A stretch of DNA of 22,271 nt from contig JBHLLT010000019.1 in NCBI GenBank assembly GCA_048938855.1, forward strand, positions 25,988-48,258. Direction: 5' to 3'. Origin of the DNA: Promethearchaeota archaeon (GTDB lineage: Archaea; Asgardarchaeota; Lokiarchaeia; Sigyniarchaeales; SOKP01). Position numbers and translations under genes: made by a program. Below the pieces are notes generated by a model. That model did no database searches. It saw only the letters and a list, made by a program, of their open reading frames with translations, and was not told the origin of the DNA. Positions 1 to 8,591 of the stretch are shown here, piece by piece; positions within the stretch are counted from its first letter, which is position 1, and each line of letters begins with the position of its first letter.

Positions 1-136
1 TTTGTATGAAAAATTCGCCTCAATTCATTTTTCAATTTATTTGAAGAAAAATATAACTAGCAAAGTGAAAGTAATCCCAATTTTTTTATACCCTCAATTT
101 ATATTCTGATATGAAACGCTAGTTCATCAATGTAGA

Positions 137-976
137 TTATATTATTTCTTGAAGATAGTTTTTAAAAAGTTCTTTATCTTTAATAAAGCCCTCCGTTAAT
201 ACAACTTTTTTTGATCTATTTTTTAACCATGAAAATGTTTTTTTAAGCCATTGGATATTATTATGGCCTTCAAATACCAAACATTGCTGAAAATCAATAA
301 TGTTATTAATTTCTGGTAAAAATAATAGCCCAAAATTGTCTGAAATTGCTAAATAAAAATTGCATTCATTAATTAAAAAAAGTTCAATATTTTCTAATTT
401 TGAGACGGACAGAAAATATTCAAAGTTTTTATAATTAATAAATTTAATAATATTCTCATAATCTGTAATAATTTCAATCTTCTCGATTTTAAAATCCGCT
501 TCACTAAAACGCATCATTTTTTCTTCTATCTCAAGGTTAAAAATTCCCGCAAGTTGAATTTTTGAGAGCTTTTTTATAAATATATTTTTCATCAGGGAAA
601 GTAGAGTTATCATGTCAGGGATGACTTTTAATTCCAACGAAGAAAAATCATTTAACAATTTGGTATTATTGATAGGTAGATCGTGAGTTTTTAAAAAAGG
701 GATTAGAGAGTCTAAGTTTGAGAGATTTTGAAAACAATTCCATATCAATTTAGTATATGCATTACTACAGTATTTATTATCAGTGTGTGTTATTACTCCG
801 AGATCTGTTAGTTGTTTAATGTGATATTCTAAAGTAGAAGGCATAATTTTCAATTGTTTTGCGATCTCATTAAAGTGGAATGATCCATTATTATTCATAA
901 AAAAATTAAGAACTTCTATTCGCGTTTTAGATTTAAATAATCCTAATAGATTGTTATCTATTTTATTCTCATTCAT
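137..976 (-). CDS. Winged-helix (ArsR-like) transcriptional regulator with C-terminal DUF1724/FilR1-middle-like domain
   Basis: N-terminal SKTRIEVL...FNEIAKQLKIMPSTLEYHIKQLTDLGVI is a typical wHTH. FLKTHDL and the C-terminal WLKKTFSW resemble the archaeal DUF1724-type regulators. Divergent from the gene at 1196. Confidence 0.75.
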   Translation of the reverse strand: MNENKIDNNLLGLFKSKTRIEVLNFFMNNNGSFHFNEIAKQLKIMPSTLEYHIKQLTDLGVITHTDNKYCSNAYTKLIWNCFQNLSNLDSLIPFLKTHDLPINNTKLLNDFSSLELKVIPDMITLLSLMKNIFIKKLSKIQLAGIFNLEIEEKMMRFSEADFKIEKIEIITDYENIIKFINYKNFEYFLSVSKLENIELFLINECNFYLAISDNFGLLFLPEINNIIDFQQCLVFEGHNNIQWLKKTFSWLKNRSKKVVLTEGFIKDKELFKNYLQEII

Positions 977-1083
977 TATTAGAAATAATATTGTTGAAAA
1001 GAAAAATCTTCCTTAATCATATACATTCTCTAAATCCTCGACATAAGCAAAAAACTAATATTAACAGATTTATACGAACTTTT

Positions 1084-1115
1084 TTGTATTATTTGAAATT
1101 ATTTCTAAAATACAA
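1084..1115. promoter_or_regulatory. Imperfect inverted repeat, candidate operator
   Basis: TTGTATT-attt-GAAAT-t-ATTTC-taa-AATACAA in the middle of the divergent intergenic region 977-1195. Confidence 0.35.
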
Positions 1116-1195
1116 CTATTCTATTAAACAGGCTTAAATATCATAAAATTCTTATAAAGGATAATTACTAAAAAGTTTGAATTATTAATAATTGA

Positions 1196-1807
1196 ATGAT
1201 TGATGCAAATATGATTATTGCCATAATAAATTTTATTTCCTTTATAATCGCTTGTTTTATTATGAGTTATTTATATCTCTTAAGTATCCAACCTGTAAAG
1301 AGAGCAGAGAAACGTGGTGAAAAAGCGTGGAGTGATTGTAAGAAATTTCGAAGTATAGGAGGGTTTTTAGAACTAGTTTCGGTTGTAAATTTATTCCTTT
1401 GGATATGGTTTCCCCTACATCTAGTAGATACATGGATAATAAGCCCTAATATCTGGGTAGGAATTATTATCTCAATCTGCATTGCGATTCCTTGTACCAC
1501 AATACTACTCTTAGGTGTCAAAGCTGCGGGAACTGAAACTCTTAGTCCATCAAAAGATACAGAAATGTATGGAGGAGTTTATAAATACATTCGTCATCCT
1601 CAATCATTAGGAGAATTTCCTCTCTTTCCGGCTCTCTGTTTTGCTTTTAATTCATGGTTTTTAGTACTTATTTCCTCAGTATTTATCATAATTTATATCC
1701 CAATTATGATTCACTTTGAGGAAAAAGATCTTGTTAAACGGTTTGGTGAAAAATATCTTGAATATAAAACAAAAACTGGAGCTTTGTTTCCAAAACTCAG
1801 AAAATGA
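1196..1807 (+). CDS. Isoprenylcysteine carboxyl methyltransferase (ICMT/PEMT/Ste14) family membrane methyltransferase
   Basis: Several TM segments. Family motifs GVYKYIRHP, EE-x-x-L-x-x-x-FG-x-x-Y-x-x-Y and C-terminal FP. Confidence 0.85.
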   Translation: MIDANMIIAIINFISFIIACFIMSYLYLLSIQPVKRAEKRGEKAWSDCKKFRSIGGFLELVSVVNLFLWIWFPLHLVDTWIISPNIWVGIIISICIAIPCTTILLLGVKAAGTETLSPSKDTEMYGGVYKYIRHPQSLGEFPLFPALCFAFNSWFLVLISSVFIIIYIPIMIHFEEKDLVKRFGEKYLEYKTKTGALFPKLRK

Positions 1808-1826
1808 AATTTTAATTTGACTGATT

Positions 1827-2285
1827 ATGAAAACTACAAATACTAATAAAAACTCAAAATTAAATCGATTTATTAATAATAATATTAAAGAAAATAGATA
1901 TTTCCTTTTTACTGGAATTTGGTTTATGATCTATTCTCTTATTGAAATCTCTGATTGTATTTATTTATGTTTAATTATTATAAATGTTGCACCAAACGTT
2001 TATCTTAATATGGGGATAATTATCCCTGAGATCCAGCAAATTATGACCGATCAACCTATCTACTTTTTACCATTCTTTCTAAGTTTTACTCTTATGCGAA
2101 TAATTTCGACGATTGGGATATTTAAAAATTATAGATGGGGATTTTATATTGGTTGTGTTAGTTTAATTCTTACAATGATAATGACCTTGTTATTTATACC
2201 ATTTGGATTTATAGAACTTTTTTTCTGTAGTATTATTTTGGTGTCGCTTATTATTGGTTTTTTTGGTACAAAACCAATTATTTAA
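1827..2285 (+). CDS. Hypothetical membrane protein (about 4 TM)
   Basis: Hydrophobic 152-aa ORF 19 nt after the ICMT-like gene, same strand. Confidence 0.7.
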   Translation: MKTTNTNKNSKLNRFINNNIKENRYFLFTGIWFMIYSLIEISDCIYLCLIIINVAPNVYLNMGIIIPEIQQIMTDQPIYFLPFFLSFTLMRIISTIGIFKNYRWGFYIGCVSLILTMIMTLLFIPFGFIELFFCSIILVSLIIGFFGTKPII

Positions 2286-2492
2286 AATAAAAATCAAAAG
2301 TCATTAAATGAATTGGTTTGGATGAAATTAAAACTGTATTTATATTTTATACTAATTTTCTTCAATTCAGATTAATTTTGAAATTCAAATTTAGATGAAT
2401 TTAATATTTCGTAATAATTAGATTTTAATCTTTCGATTAAGTTAGTATTCTGAATGATTAAAAAGAAGAAAAAATCATAGAGCGATTTTATA

Positions 2493-3758
2493 ATGAATAT
2501 AAATCGATATATTATTATTGGTGGAGGTCCTGGAGGGGCTACAGCAGCATTAGAGATAAGGAAGAAAGACCCAAATGGAGAAATTATATTAATTTCTGCT
2601 GAGAATTATCAATTCTATAAAAGGAGTAAAATTATCAGTTTTATATCTGAATCTTGTTCTGAAGATGATCTTTTTCTAAAAGGTAAAACGATTTACAATG
2701 AAAATAATATTAGGTTTATTCATAATCAAGTAGAAAAAGTTATTCCTGAAAAAAATGAGATTATATTAAAAAATGATACTATTTTAAACTACGATTTTCT
2801 TTTAATAGCTTCAGGAGGGCATCCTATTTTATTGCCGTGGAAAGGTGTCGATTTAGAAGGTGTTACAACGCTTTATAACCTTGATGATGCTAAAAAAGTT
2901 GCTGAACAAGCTTGCACTGCTAAGAATGCTGTTGTAATAGGCGGGGGATCCATTGCAATGAAAGTAATCCAAAATTTTAAAAAAATTGGTTTAAATGTCT
3001 CGATAATTGAAAAAGCTTCACATTTATGGCCTATAGGTTTTGATAGAAAGATTGCTCGAATTGTAGAAAAAAGAATCAAGGAAAATGGAATTCGAATTTA
3101 TCTTAATGAAGAAGTTGCTGAATTTAGAGGCGAAAACAGTAAGTTATCGGAAGTAGTTTTGAAAAATGGACAAACAATTCCTGCAGACATTGCAGTTATA
3201 ACAATTGGAATGAAACCTAATATAAATTTTCTTACTGACAGTAATATAACCGTAAATAAGGGTGTTTTAGTAGATATGTATATGAAAACAAATATTCCAA
3301 ATATATTTGCCGCGGGTGATGTTGCAGAGATATATGATCCTCTTTATCAAACCTCGATACTTCATCCAACTTGGGGAAATGCTAAAAAGCAAGGAAAGAT
3401 TGCTGCTATAAATATGACTGGGGGAAGTTTAAAATATAAAGGCGCAATTCCAATTCAAACCATTAAAATTTTTGGATTTACTGCTATAGCAGTTGGGATT
3501 ACTCACTCAAAGAAAAATTTTGATGAAATTTCAATTGTTTCATTCGAGAGAGAAATATGTAGAAAAATTGTCATGAATAATAATCATCTAATTGGAGTGT
3601 TAATTCTAGGAAAAAATATTAATAAAAAGGATTTAAAACCAGTTTTAAGAAAAGCTGTTTTTGAACAAATTAAAATACAAGATTACAGTGGTATCCTCTT
3701 AGAGAATGAGATTGATTTTATGGCTAATTTTAATAAAGTAAATCTAATTACACAATGA
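2493..3758 (+). CDS. FAD/NAD(P)H-dependent oxidoreductase, rubredoxin-reductase/NirB-N-terminal-like
   Basis: IIIGGGPGG (FAD site), LLIASG, VVIGGG (NAD site), TNIPNIFAAGD. Has FYKR where Nox/CoADR carry the redox Cys. Confidence 0.9.
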   Translation: MNINRYIIIGGGPGGATAALEIRKKDPNGEIILISAENYQFYKRSKIISFISESCSEDDLFLKGKTIYNENNIRFIHNQVEKVIPEKNEIILKNDTILNYDFLLIASGGHPILLPWKGVDLEGVTTLYNLDDAKKVAEQACTAKNAVVIGGGSIAMKVIQNFKKIGLNVSIIEKASHLWPIGFDRKIARIVEKRIKENGIRIYLNEEVAEFRGENSKLSEVVLKNGQTIPADIAVITIGMKPNINFLTDSNITVNKGVLVDMYMKTNIPNIFAAGDVAEIYDPLYQTSILHPTWGNAKKQGKIAAINMTGGSLKYKGAIPIQTIKIFGFTAIAVGITHSKKNFDEISIVSFEREICRKIVMNNNHLIGVLILGKNINKKDLKPVLRKAVFEQIKIQDYSGILLENEIDFMANFNKVNLITQ

Positions 3759-3876
3759 ACAAAAAGCCAAATTATCATTACGAAATTTCTTTCAAAAATC
3801 ATTTATCAAATAAATTATTTGATACATTATGGTAATGAAAAAATATAGGATTTAGTGATATCTCATATCTAAACTA

Positions 3877-4164
3877 GTGATGCATGTTTTATTGAAAAGT
3901 GAAGAAGAAAACTATTGTGCTAAATGCTGCAAAACAATGAATATTATAGAGAGAATGTTTTCTTCGATACCAGAATTTAAAGAGAAAATCGAAGTGAGTT
4001 ATGAAGATATTTATTTAACTGAAAATGTCAAAAAGTATGGGAACTTAACACCACCAGCAATTATCATTAATAACCAAACTCTAACAGAAGGACACGTTCC
4101 AATTATGAAAAAACTCGCACGGGATTTGCTTAACCTAATTGACCTTACAAAATTAGATAAATAG
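3877..4164 (+). CDS. Small thioredoxin-like protein (MTH895/Thioredoxin_3 type)
   Basis: CAKC(C) active site and KYG-x-x-TPPAIIINN...GHVP cis-Pro region. The start may lie at ATA 3865. Confidence 0.8.
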   Translation: MMHVLLKSEEENYCAKCCKTMNIIERMFSSIPEFKEKIEVSYEDIYLTENVKKYGNLTPPAIIINNQTLTEGHVPIMKKLARDLLNLIDLTKLDK

Positions 4165-4315
4165 AGTAGATTAATTTTTAGCTTAAGTAAAGTCAAAAAG
4201 TAAATCTGTTTATTAAATATTAAAGATATATTATTATTTTTAGAGTTTAATAGATTACATAATATTGCACTAAAATGAATTAAATTCTCAAAATAAAAAC
4301 TAAAGGTAAATTAAA

Positions 4316-4465
4316 GTGTATTGTACAAATTGTGGCGCTAAAATCAATGAAAATCAAAAATATTGTGAATTATGTGGTAATGAACTAATCGCAATACATG
4401 ATATAAAAAAGGAAGATGAGATACCAAAGGCTAATCCCACTCGTTCTAGAAGAAGATGTTGTTAA
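4316..4465 (+). CDS. Unannotated 49-aa zinc-ribbon protein with polybasic C-terminal Cys-Cys
   Basis: GTG start after AAAGGT. Translates MYCTNCGAKINENQKYCELCGNELIAIHDIKKEDEIPKANPTRSRRRCC*, giving CxxCG-x9-CxxCG and a tandem TAA TAA stop. Not in the ORF track. Confidence 0.85.
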   Translation: MYCTNCGAKINENQKYCELCGNELIAIHDIKKEDEIPKANPTRSRRRCC

Positions 4466-4512
4466 TAATTCATAATTATTTGACTAAAATCTTCTAAAAT
4501 ATTAGATAATAA

Positions 4513-5259
4513 TTAATCTATAGATAGTTCTAAACCATCAAATGCTGCTAGGGTTTCAGGAAATAAAGTTTTTGCCTTTTCTTCTGCATATTTTCTATCC
4601 ATTAAAGTCTTATAAGAACTGGCGTCAAAATGAGTTAATATTAACTTTTTTACTTCTGATTTCTTTGCTACTTCAGCAGCTTCTTCAGGTTTAAGATGTG
4701 GCCATCCCCATTTTTCTTGCCCAGGTTTATAGGAACATTCTGTAATAAGTACATCAGCATTTTTAGCAAGTTCGAATAAATTAGGGCATAAGCCTGTGTC
4801 AGTACAATATGTTATAATTTTATTGTTTAATTCTATTCTATATCCTAAACATGCATCTGCATGAGAAAGAAGTTTACAAGTTAATGGAAACCCTAGATCA
4901 TAATTTCCTTCATTTAGTTCACAATATTTTATATTTAGTGGTAATCCCGATAAAGGGGATGAGTAGGGGTGATCTATTATCAAATTTAACCCTTTGATTG
5001 TCCCTTTATACCCATAAATCGTAATGTCTTGATTTAGATGGAATTTTGCAAACGTATGAAGTCCTATTATATGATCCAAATGAAGATGGCTGAGTATTAG
5101 AATAATTGGTTTTTCCTCATCAATATATTGATCAATTTTATATATCCCGTCTCCCGCATCAAATATTATATAATAATCATTATGAGAGATTAGAGTAGAC
5201 GTCGTATTTCCTAATTCTGTTGCATACCAGCCATTAGTTCCTAAAAATGTAATTTTCAT
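4513..5259 (-). CDS. MBL-fold metallo-hydrolase, RNase Z/BN-like (no exosite arm)
   Basis: FLGT, FDAGDG, SHLHLDH, H...GYR, YCTDT, ECSY...HL, LTHF. The short GYR-to-DT distance means the tRNA-binding arm is absent. Confidence 0.85.
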   Translation of the reverse strand: MKITFLGTNGWYATELGNTTSTLISHNDYYIIFDAGDGIYKIDQYIDEEKPIILILSHLHLDHIIGLHTFAKFHLNQDITIYGYKGTIKGLNLIIDHPYSSPLSGLPLNIKYCELNEGNYDLGFPLTCKLLSHADACLGYRIELNNKIITYCTDTGLCPNLFELAKNADVLITECSYKPGQEKWGWPHLKPEEAAEVAKKSEVKKLILTHFDASSYKTLMDRKYAEEKAKTLFPETLAAFDGLELSID

Positions 5260-5429
5260 ATTATATCAAATCATGATTTCTGATAATAATAAGATCGTTC
5301 TTTTAATTTTTATATATCAAAAATTTATTTAACATTTTTATTCAATTTGTATAAAACTCATTGAAACAGAACCATGCTGAAATCCTTCATGAAAAAATTC
5401 TACTTTAAAATAATCAAAATGTCAAATTA

Positions 5430-5966
5430 TCATTTATTCTGAAGATTTTCAATAACCTTTTGATATTTTTCATGAATTAAAGTTTTATCAAATTCCCAAA
5501 ATTCTTGGAGCATCTTATTTTGTTCGTCTTTAGTGAAATAGTTCATTACTGGGATAAAAAAGTGCTTATCCTCTTTAACAATATGTTTAGGGTAAAATTC
5601 AACTAACTCACTCATTAAAATTAATATAGTATCTAATTCTTCGATATTGCCTTTTACATATTGATTTTTTGCTTCTACTAACTTCCCAACTGTATTTCTT
5701 GCCCATATATGTTCTTCAAAAAGTTCCTCCATTATTTTAGTATGATTAGGAGATAGGTCTTTCTTATTTAGGTCTCTAAAAAGAATATCTTCTTCTTTTC
5801 CATGATGGGTTCTATCTGCATACATTCTGATAAAGTCAACTGCTATGTCAATGAATAGGGGATTTGCTTTAGCATATTTCTTCATTTTCTTAATCTCCTT
5901 TTCCATGAGATTAATCATTTTTTCAATTAGTCTATGTTCTATCATTAAGGGGCCAATTGGCATCAT
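5430..5966 (-). CDS. Hemerythrin-like (HHE cation-binding) protein
   Basis: EHRLI, HHGKEEDILF, EEH, HIVKED motifs. The GAGGTG SD at 5976-5981 favours an ATG start at 5966 or 5963 rather than 5978. Confidence 0.9.
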   Translation of the reverse strand: MMPIGPLMIEHRLIEKMINLMEKEIKKMKKYAKANPLFIDIAVDFIRMYADRTHHGKEEDILFRDLNKKDLSPNHTKIMEELFEEHIWARNTVGKLVEAKNQYVKGNIEELDTILILMSELVEFYPKHIVKEDKHFFIPVMNYFTKDEQNKMLQEFWEFDKTLIHEKYQKVIENLQNK

Positions 5967-6335
5967 TAAACATTTCACCTCATGCTTTCTTTTTTAAAAT
6001 TTAATTAAATTAGCTATCAAGTATAAATAAAATTAATTTCGAACATGTTCCGTAATGATTTATTATTTTTTGGGTTGACAATAAATTTTTATTGAAAATA
6101 GAATGAAAAAATTAATTCACATAAACTTGCACATTAAGATTAGAAACTATTTAATTTCGAGATTTAATTACTTTGGATTACTGCTTTCTCTTTAAATTAA
6201 AATTAATAATTAAGTACCTTATTAGTTAATCCTTAAAAATTTTTTATTATATAGCTGTGGATATATTTTTATATTAAACTCTCTAATTTCTATTTTGATC
6301 CATTTGGATCAATGAAATGTAGAGAGAGAAATTTA

Positions 6336-6923
6336 ATGAAAACTAAACAAATAGGTTTAAAATTAGCTCTGGTAGCTACCCTAGGAATCACGGTCTTCAG
6401 CTTAATGCCTATGGTTATAGCAGGTCCTCCACGATTCATGCAAGAATTGAATCGTTTTGACAATCTTCTTATGCCATGGTGGTGGGGATGGTTCTATGAA
6501 GATCCTCCAGGATCAGGAAATTGGTACTTTCAAGAGGAATATGTGGAATTTGATTCTTCAGCGAACTTATATTTTAGGATAGGAGCTGCTGTGGGTTGGG
6601 AAGAACTTGAAAATGATTGGTGGCCAAAACCACCTTGGGAATATCGTCTTTGGATAAATGGAGAAGAAATAGTTATGGAAAGATATGCCGTTAAAGGAAA
6701 CCAAAGTATTATTCATCCACCTGTATCGATGTTTTGGTATCATATTTTTGGACCAGATTACTTCACAGCTGGGGAAACATATCTATTAAAGTGGGAATTT
6801 TGGGTGAAAGGACCATATCAAGGAGATGGGCTTAATTATTGGAGACCCTTTGTAGATTATTGGGGTGTTTACGCGCCACCAGGTACAGTATCAAGCTATG
6901 AATATTATTTAAATATTGTTTAA
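6336..6923 (+). CDS. Secreted/membrane-anchored Trp-rich hypothetical protein
   Basis: Basic N-terminus plus hydrophobic signal (MKTKQIGLKLALVATLGITVFSLMPMVIA), 15 Trp. The alternative start is 6312. Confidence 0.75.
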   Translation: MKTKQIGLKLALVATLGITVFSLMPMVIAGPPRFMQELNRFDNLLMPWWWGWFYEDPPGSGNWYFQEEYVEFDSSANLYFRIGAAVGWEELENDWWPKPPWEYRLWINGEEIVMERYAVKGNQSIIHPPVSMFWYHIFGPDYFTAGETYLLKWEFWVKGPYQGDGLNYWRPFVDYWGVYAPPGTVSSYEYYLNIV

Positions 6924-6994
6924 AAATTCAAGGATCAGTTTTAGGTTCTAGCTAACCAATAGGAAAAAAGATAATATTACTTAAATTTAAGATC

Positions 6995-7022
6995 GAAGAG
7001 TTATCTTCTTTCTTTTTTTTTT
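6995..7022 (+). terminator. Putative terminator (short hairpin plus long T tract)
   Basis: GAAGA-GTTA-TCTTC followed by TTTCTTTTTTTTTT, about 70 nt after the 6923 stop. Confidence 0.5.
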
Positions 7023-7144
7023 CAATGATTTTTAAATATTTAATTTATTTTATCCTAATAGCGGAATATGAAAGTTAAATTAATTAAATTATATTTGCTC
7101 TTTAAAAATAGGATTATTTAATTTAAATGAGGTAAATTAATCTC

Positions 7145-7819
7145 TTGCAGAGAAATAAAGTGGAACAAAGAAAACCTCTTCTACAGGTAGCATTAGATGT
7201 TGAAAATATAGATGATGCTCTTGCCATATCAGAAGACGTAGCTCCTTTTGTAGATATTATTGAAGCGGGAACACCTTTAATAAAATCCGAAGGTGTACGA
7301 GTAATTCAGGCAATAAAGGACGCCCATCCCAATAAACTAGTATGTGCAGATTTAAAGACGGCGGATGCAGGATATCTCGAAGTAAAGATGGCAGCAAAAG
7401 CAAAAGCAGATATTGTATCAATTCTCGCTGATGCTTATGATGTTACAATACAGGAAGCTTTACGTGCAGCATATGAATTTAACGTAGAGATAATGGCCGA
7501 TCTTATAATGTCTCGAGCACCTCCTATTACATTAGCAAGTATTATGGATCTGCATCATAAAAATATTAAAATACATTATGCACTTGTCCATAGTGGTTTA
7601 GATCGCCAAGCATCGAGACGAGCACCTTTTTATGAATTAGAATCTGTAGTACGTATACGAGATCATCCACGATTAGCAATCGCAGGTGGTATTCGAGAGG
7701 AAGATATATCTAAGTTATTAGGCTATCCACTTAGTATTATAATTGTTGGTGGAGGAATTACTCGTACAAAAAATCCTGGTGAATCAGCAGAGAGGATTAG
7801 AAAGGTTATTAGCAATTAA
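7145..7819 (+). CDS. hxlA: 3-hexulose-6-phosphate synthase (HPS/KGPDC family)
   Basis: LQVALD, IIEAGTPLIKSEG, ADLKTADAG, HSGLD-x-Q, IAGGI, IVGGGIT. TTG start with upstream GAGGT. Confidence 0.85.
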   Translation: MQRNKVEQRKPLLQVALDVENIDDALAISEDVAPFVDIIEAGTPLIKSEGVRVIQAIKDAHPNKLVCADLKTADAGYLEVKMAAKAKADIVSILADAYDVTIQEALRAAYEFNVEIMADLIMSRAPPITLASIMDLHHKNIKIHYALVHSGLDRQASRRAPFYELESVVRIRDHPRLAIAGGIREEDISKLLGYPLSIIIVGGGITRTKNPGESAERIRKVISN

Positions 7820-7855
7820 TACGATCGTATCATAAAAAATCATAATGGCCATATT

Positions 7856-8014
7856 ATGAAGAAGATTGACCTATTAATAATTGGATATGCTGTAACCCTA
7901 ATAATAGATTTTGTTTTTCTTATAATAGTCCAGAGAATTGATATTTTATTAATTTCTGGTATTTTAGCATTAATCCCCTTAATAATTACGTTAAATCAGA
8001 GGAGGAAGGAATAG
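7856..8014 (+). CDS. Unannotated 52-aa two-TM small membrane protein
   Basis: MKKIDLLIIGYAVTLIIDFVFLIIVQRIDILLISGILALIPLIITLNQRRKE*. Its TAG directly abuts the in-frame TTG at 8015. Confidence 0.6.
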   Translation: MKKIDLLIIGYAVTLIIDFVFLIIVQRIDILLISGILALIPLIITLNQRRKE

Positions 8015-8557
8015 TTGGTTACCTATGTTTATTTTTATTTTAGTTTAGTTATTAGTATCTATATTTTAATAGCAGTTTATTATTATTGTACTAAAACTTA
8101 TGGGATAAAAGCTACATTAATTACGAATCTATGTCTATCATCAATGGTTTTAGCTTTAATATTCACAGGTTTTTATTCAGTAGCAGATTTAGGAACAGAT
8201 CTGGACATAGGAAACTTTTATTTTTTAGTTAACGATACAATTACAATTTTTACTGTTTTTATTGTTATTTTTGAGTTAGCGCGGTTTTCTTTAAAAAAAA
8301 CAAAAGGAACTGATTTAACTATGAGAGATATTGTGTTTGTTTCCATTTTAGTGTCCTTATATGGAATTCTTTTTCAGGTTCTTGTGGATCCAACAGCAGC
8401 AGCTTTAGGAATTTATTATTATCAAAATACTCCTCCTTTAAATATTTTCGGATATCCAATATGGTTTATAACCTCCTTTGCCATATATGGATTTTATGCG
8501 TTTGTTTTTTTAGTGATTGAACGTTATTATTTCCAAAAAGCTAACAGGGATTCTTAG
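8015..8557 (+). CDS. Membrane protein, CruF/DUF422 (carotenoid hydratase)-like
   Basis: VLVDPTAAALGIYYY...IFGYPIWF resembles the CruF DP...G.W.W...fG.P motif. GGAGG SD at 8001-8005. Confidence 0.55.
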   Translation: MVTYVYFYFSLVISIYILIAVYYYCTKTYGIKATLITNLCLSSMVLALIFTGFYSVADLGTDLDIGNFYFLVNDTITIFTVFIVIFELARFSLKKTKGTDLTMRDIVFVSILVSLYGILFQVLVDPTAAALGIYYYQNTPPLNIFGYPIWFITSFAIYGFYAFVFLVIERYYFQKANRDS

Positions 8558-8591
8558 AAATATGTACGAATTCTCTAAAAACGAGGTTAAA

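Noticed and set aside
3755-3858. Possible selenocysteine/TGA readthrough after the oxidoreductase, a 26-aa ATGA-coupled ORF, and an upstream extension of the thioredoxin
   Set aside because: No Cys-equivalent context or SECIS-like hairpin seen; the extension is blocked by tandem TAG TGA; the peptides look random
4513-5259. Assigning the symbol rnz
   Set aside because: Lacks the exosite arm and PxxxR loop of true tRNase Z
5268-5279. Palindrome AAATCATGATTT upstream of the MBL gene
   Set aside because: AT-rich single occurrence with no second copy or linked regulator
6041-6050. Palindrome GAACATGTTC resembling a LexA box
   Set aside because: Spacer is 2 nt rather than 4, single copy, and chance occurrence is plausible
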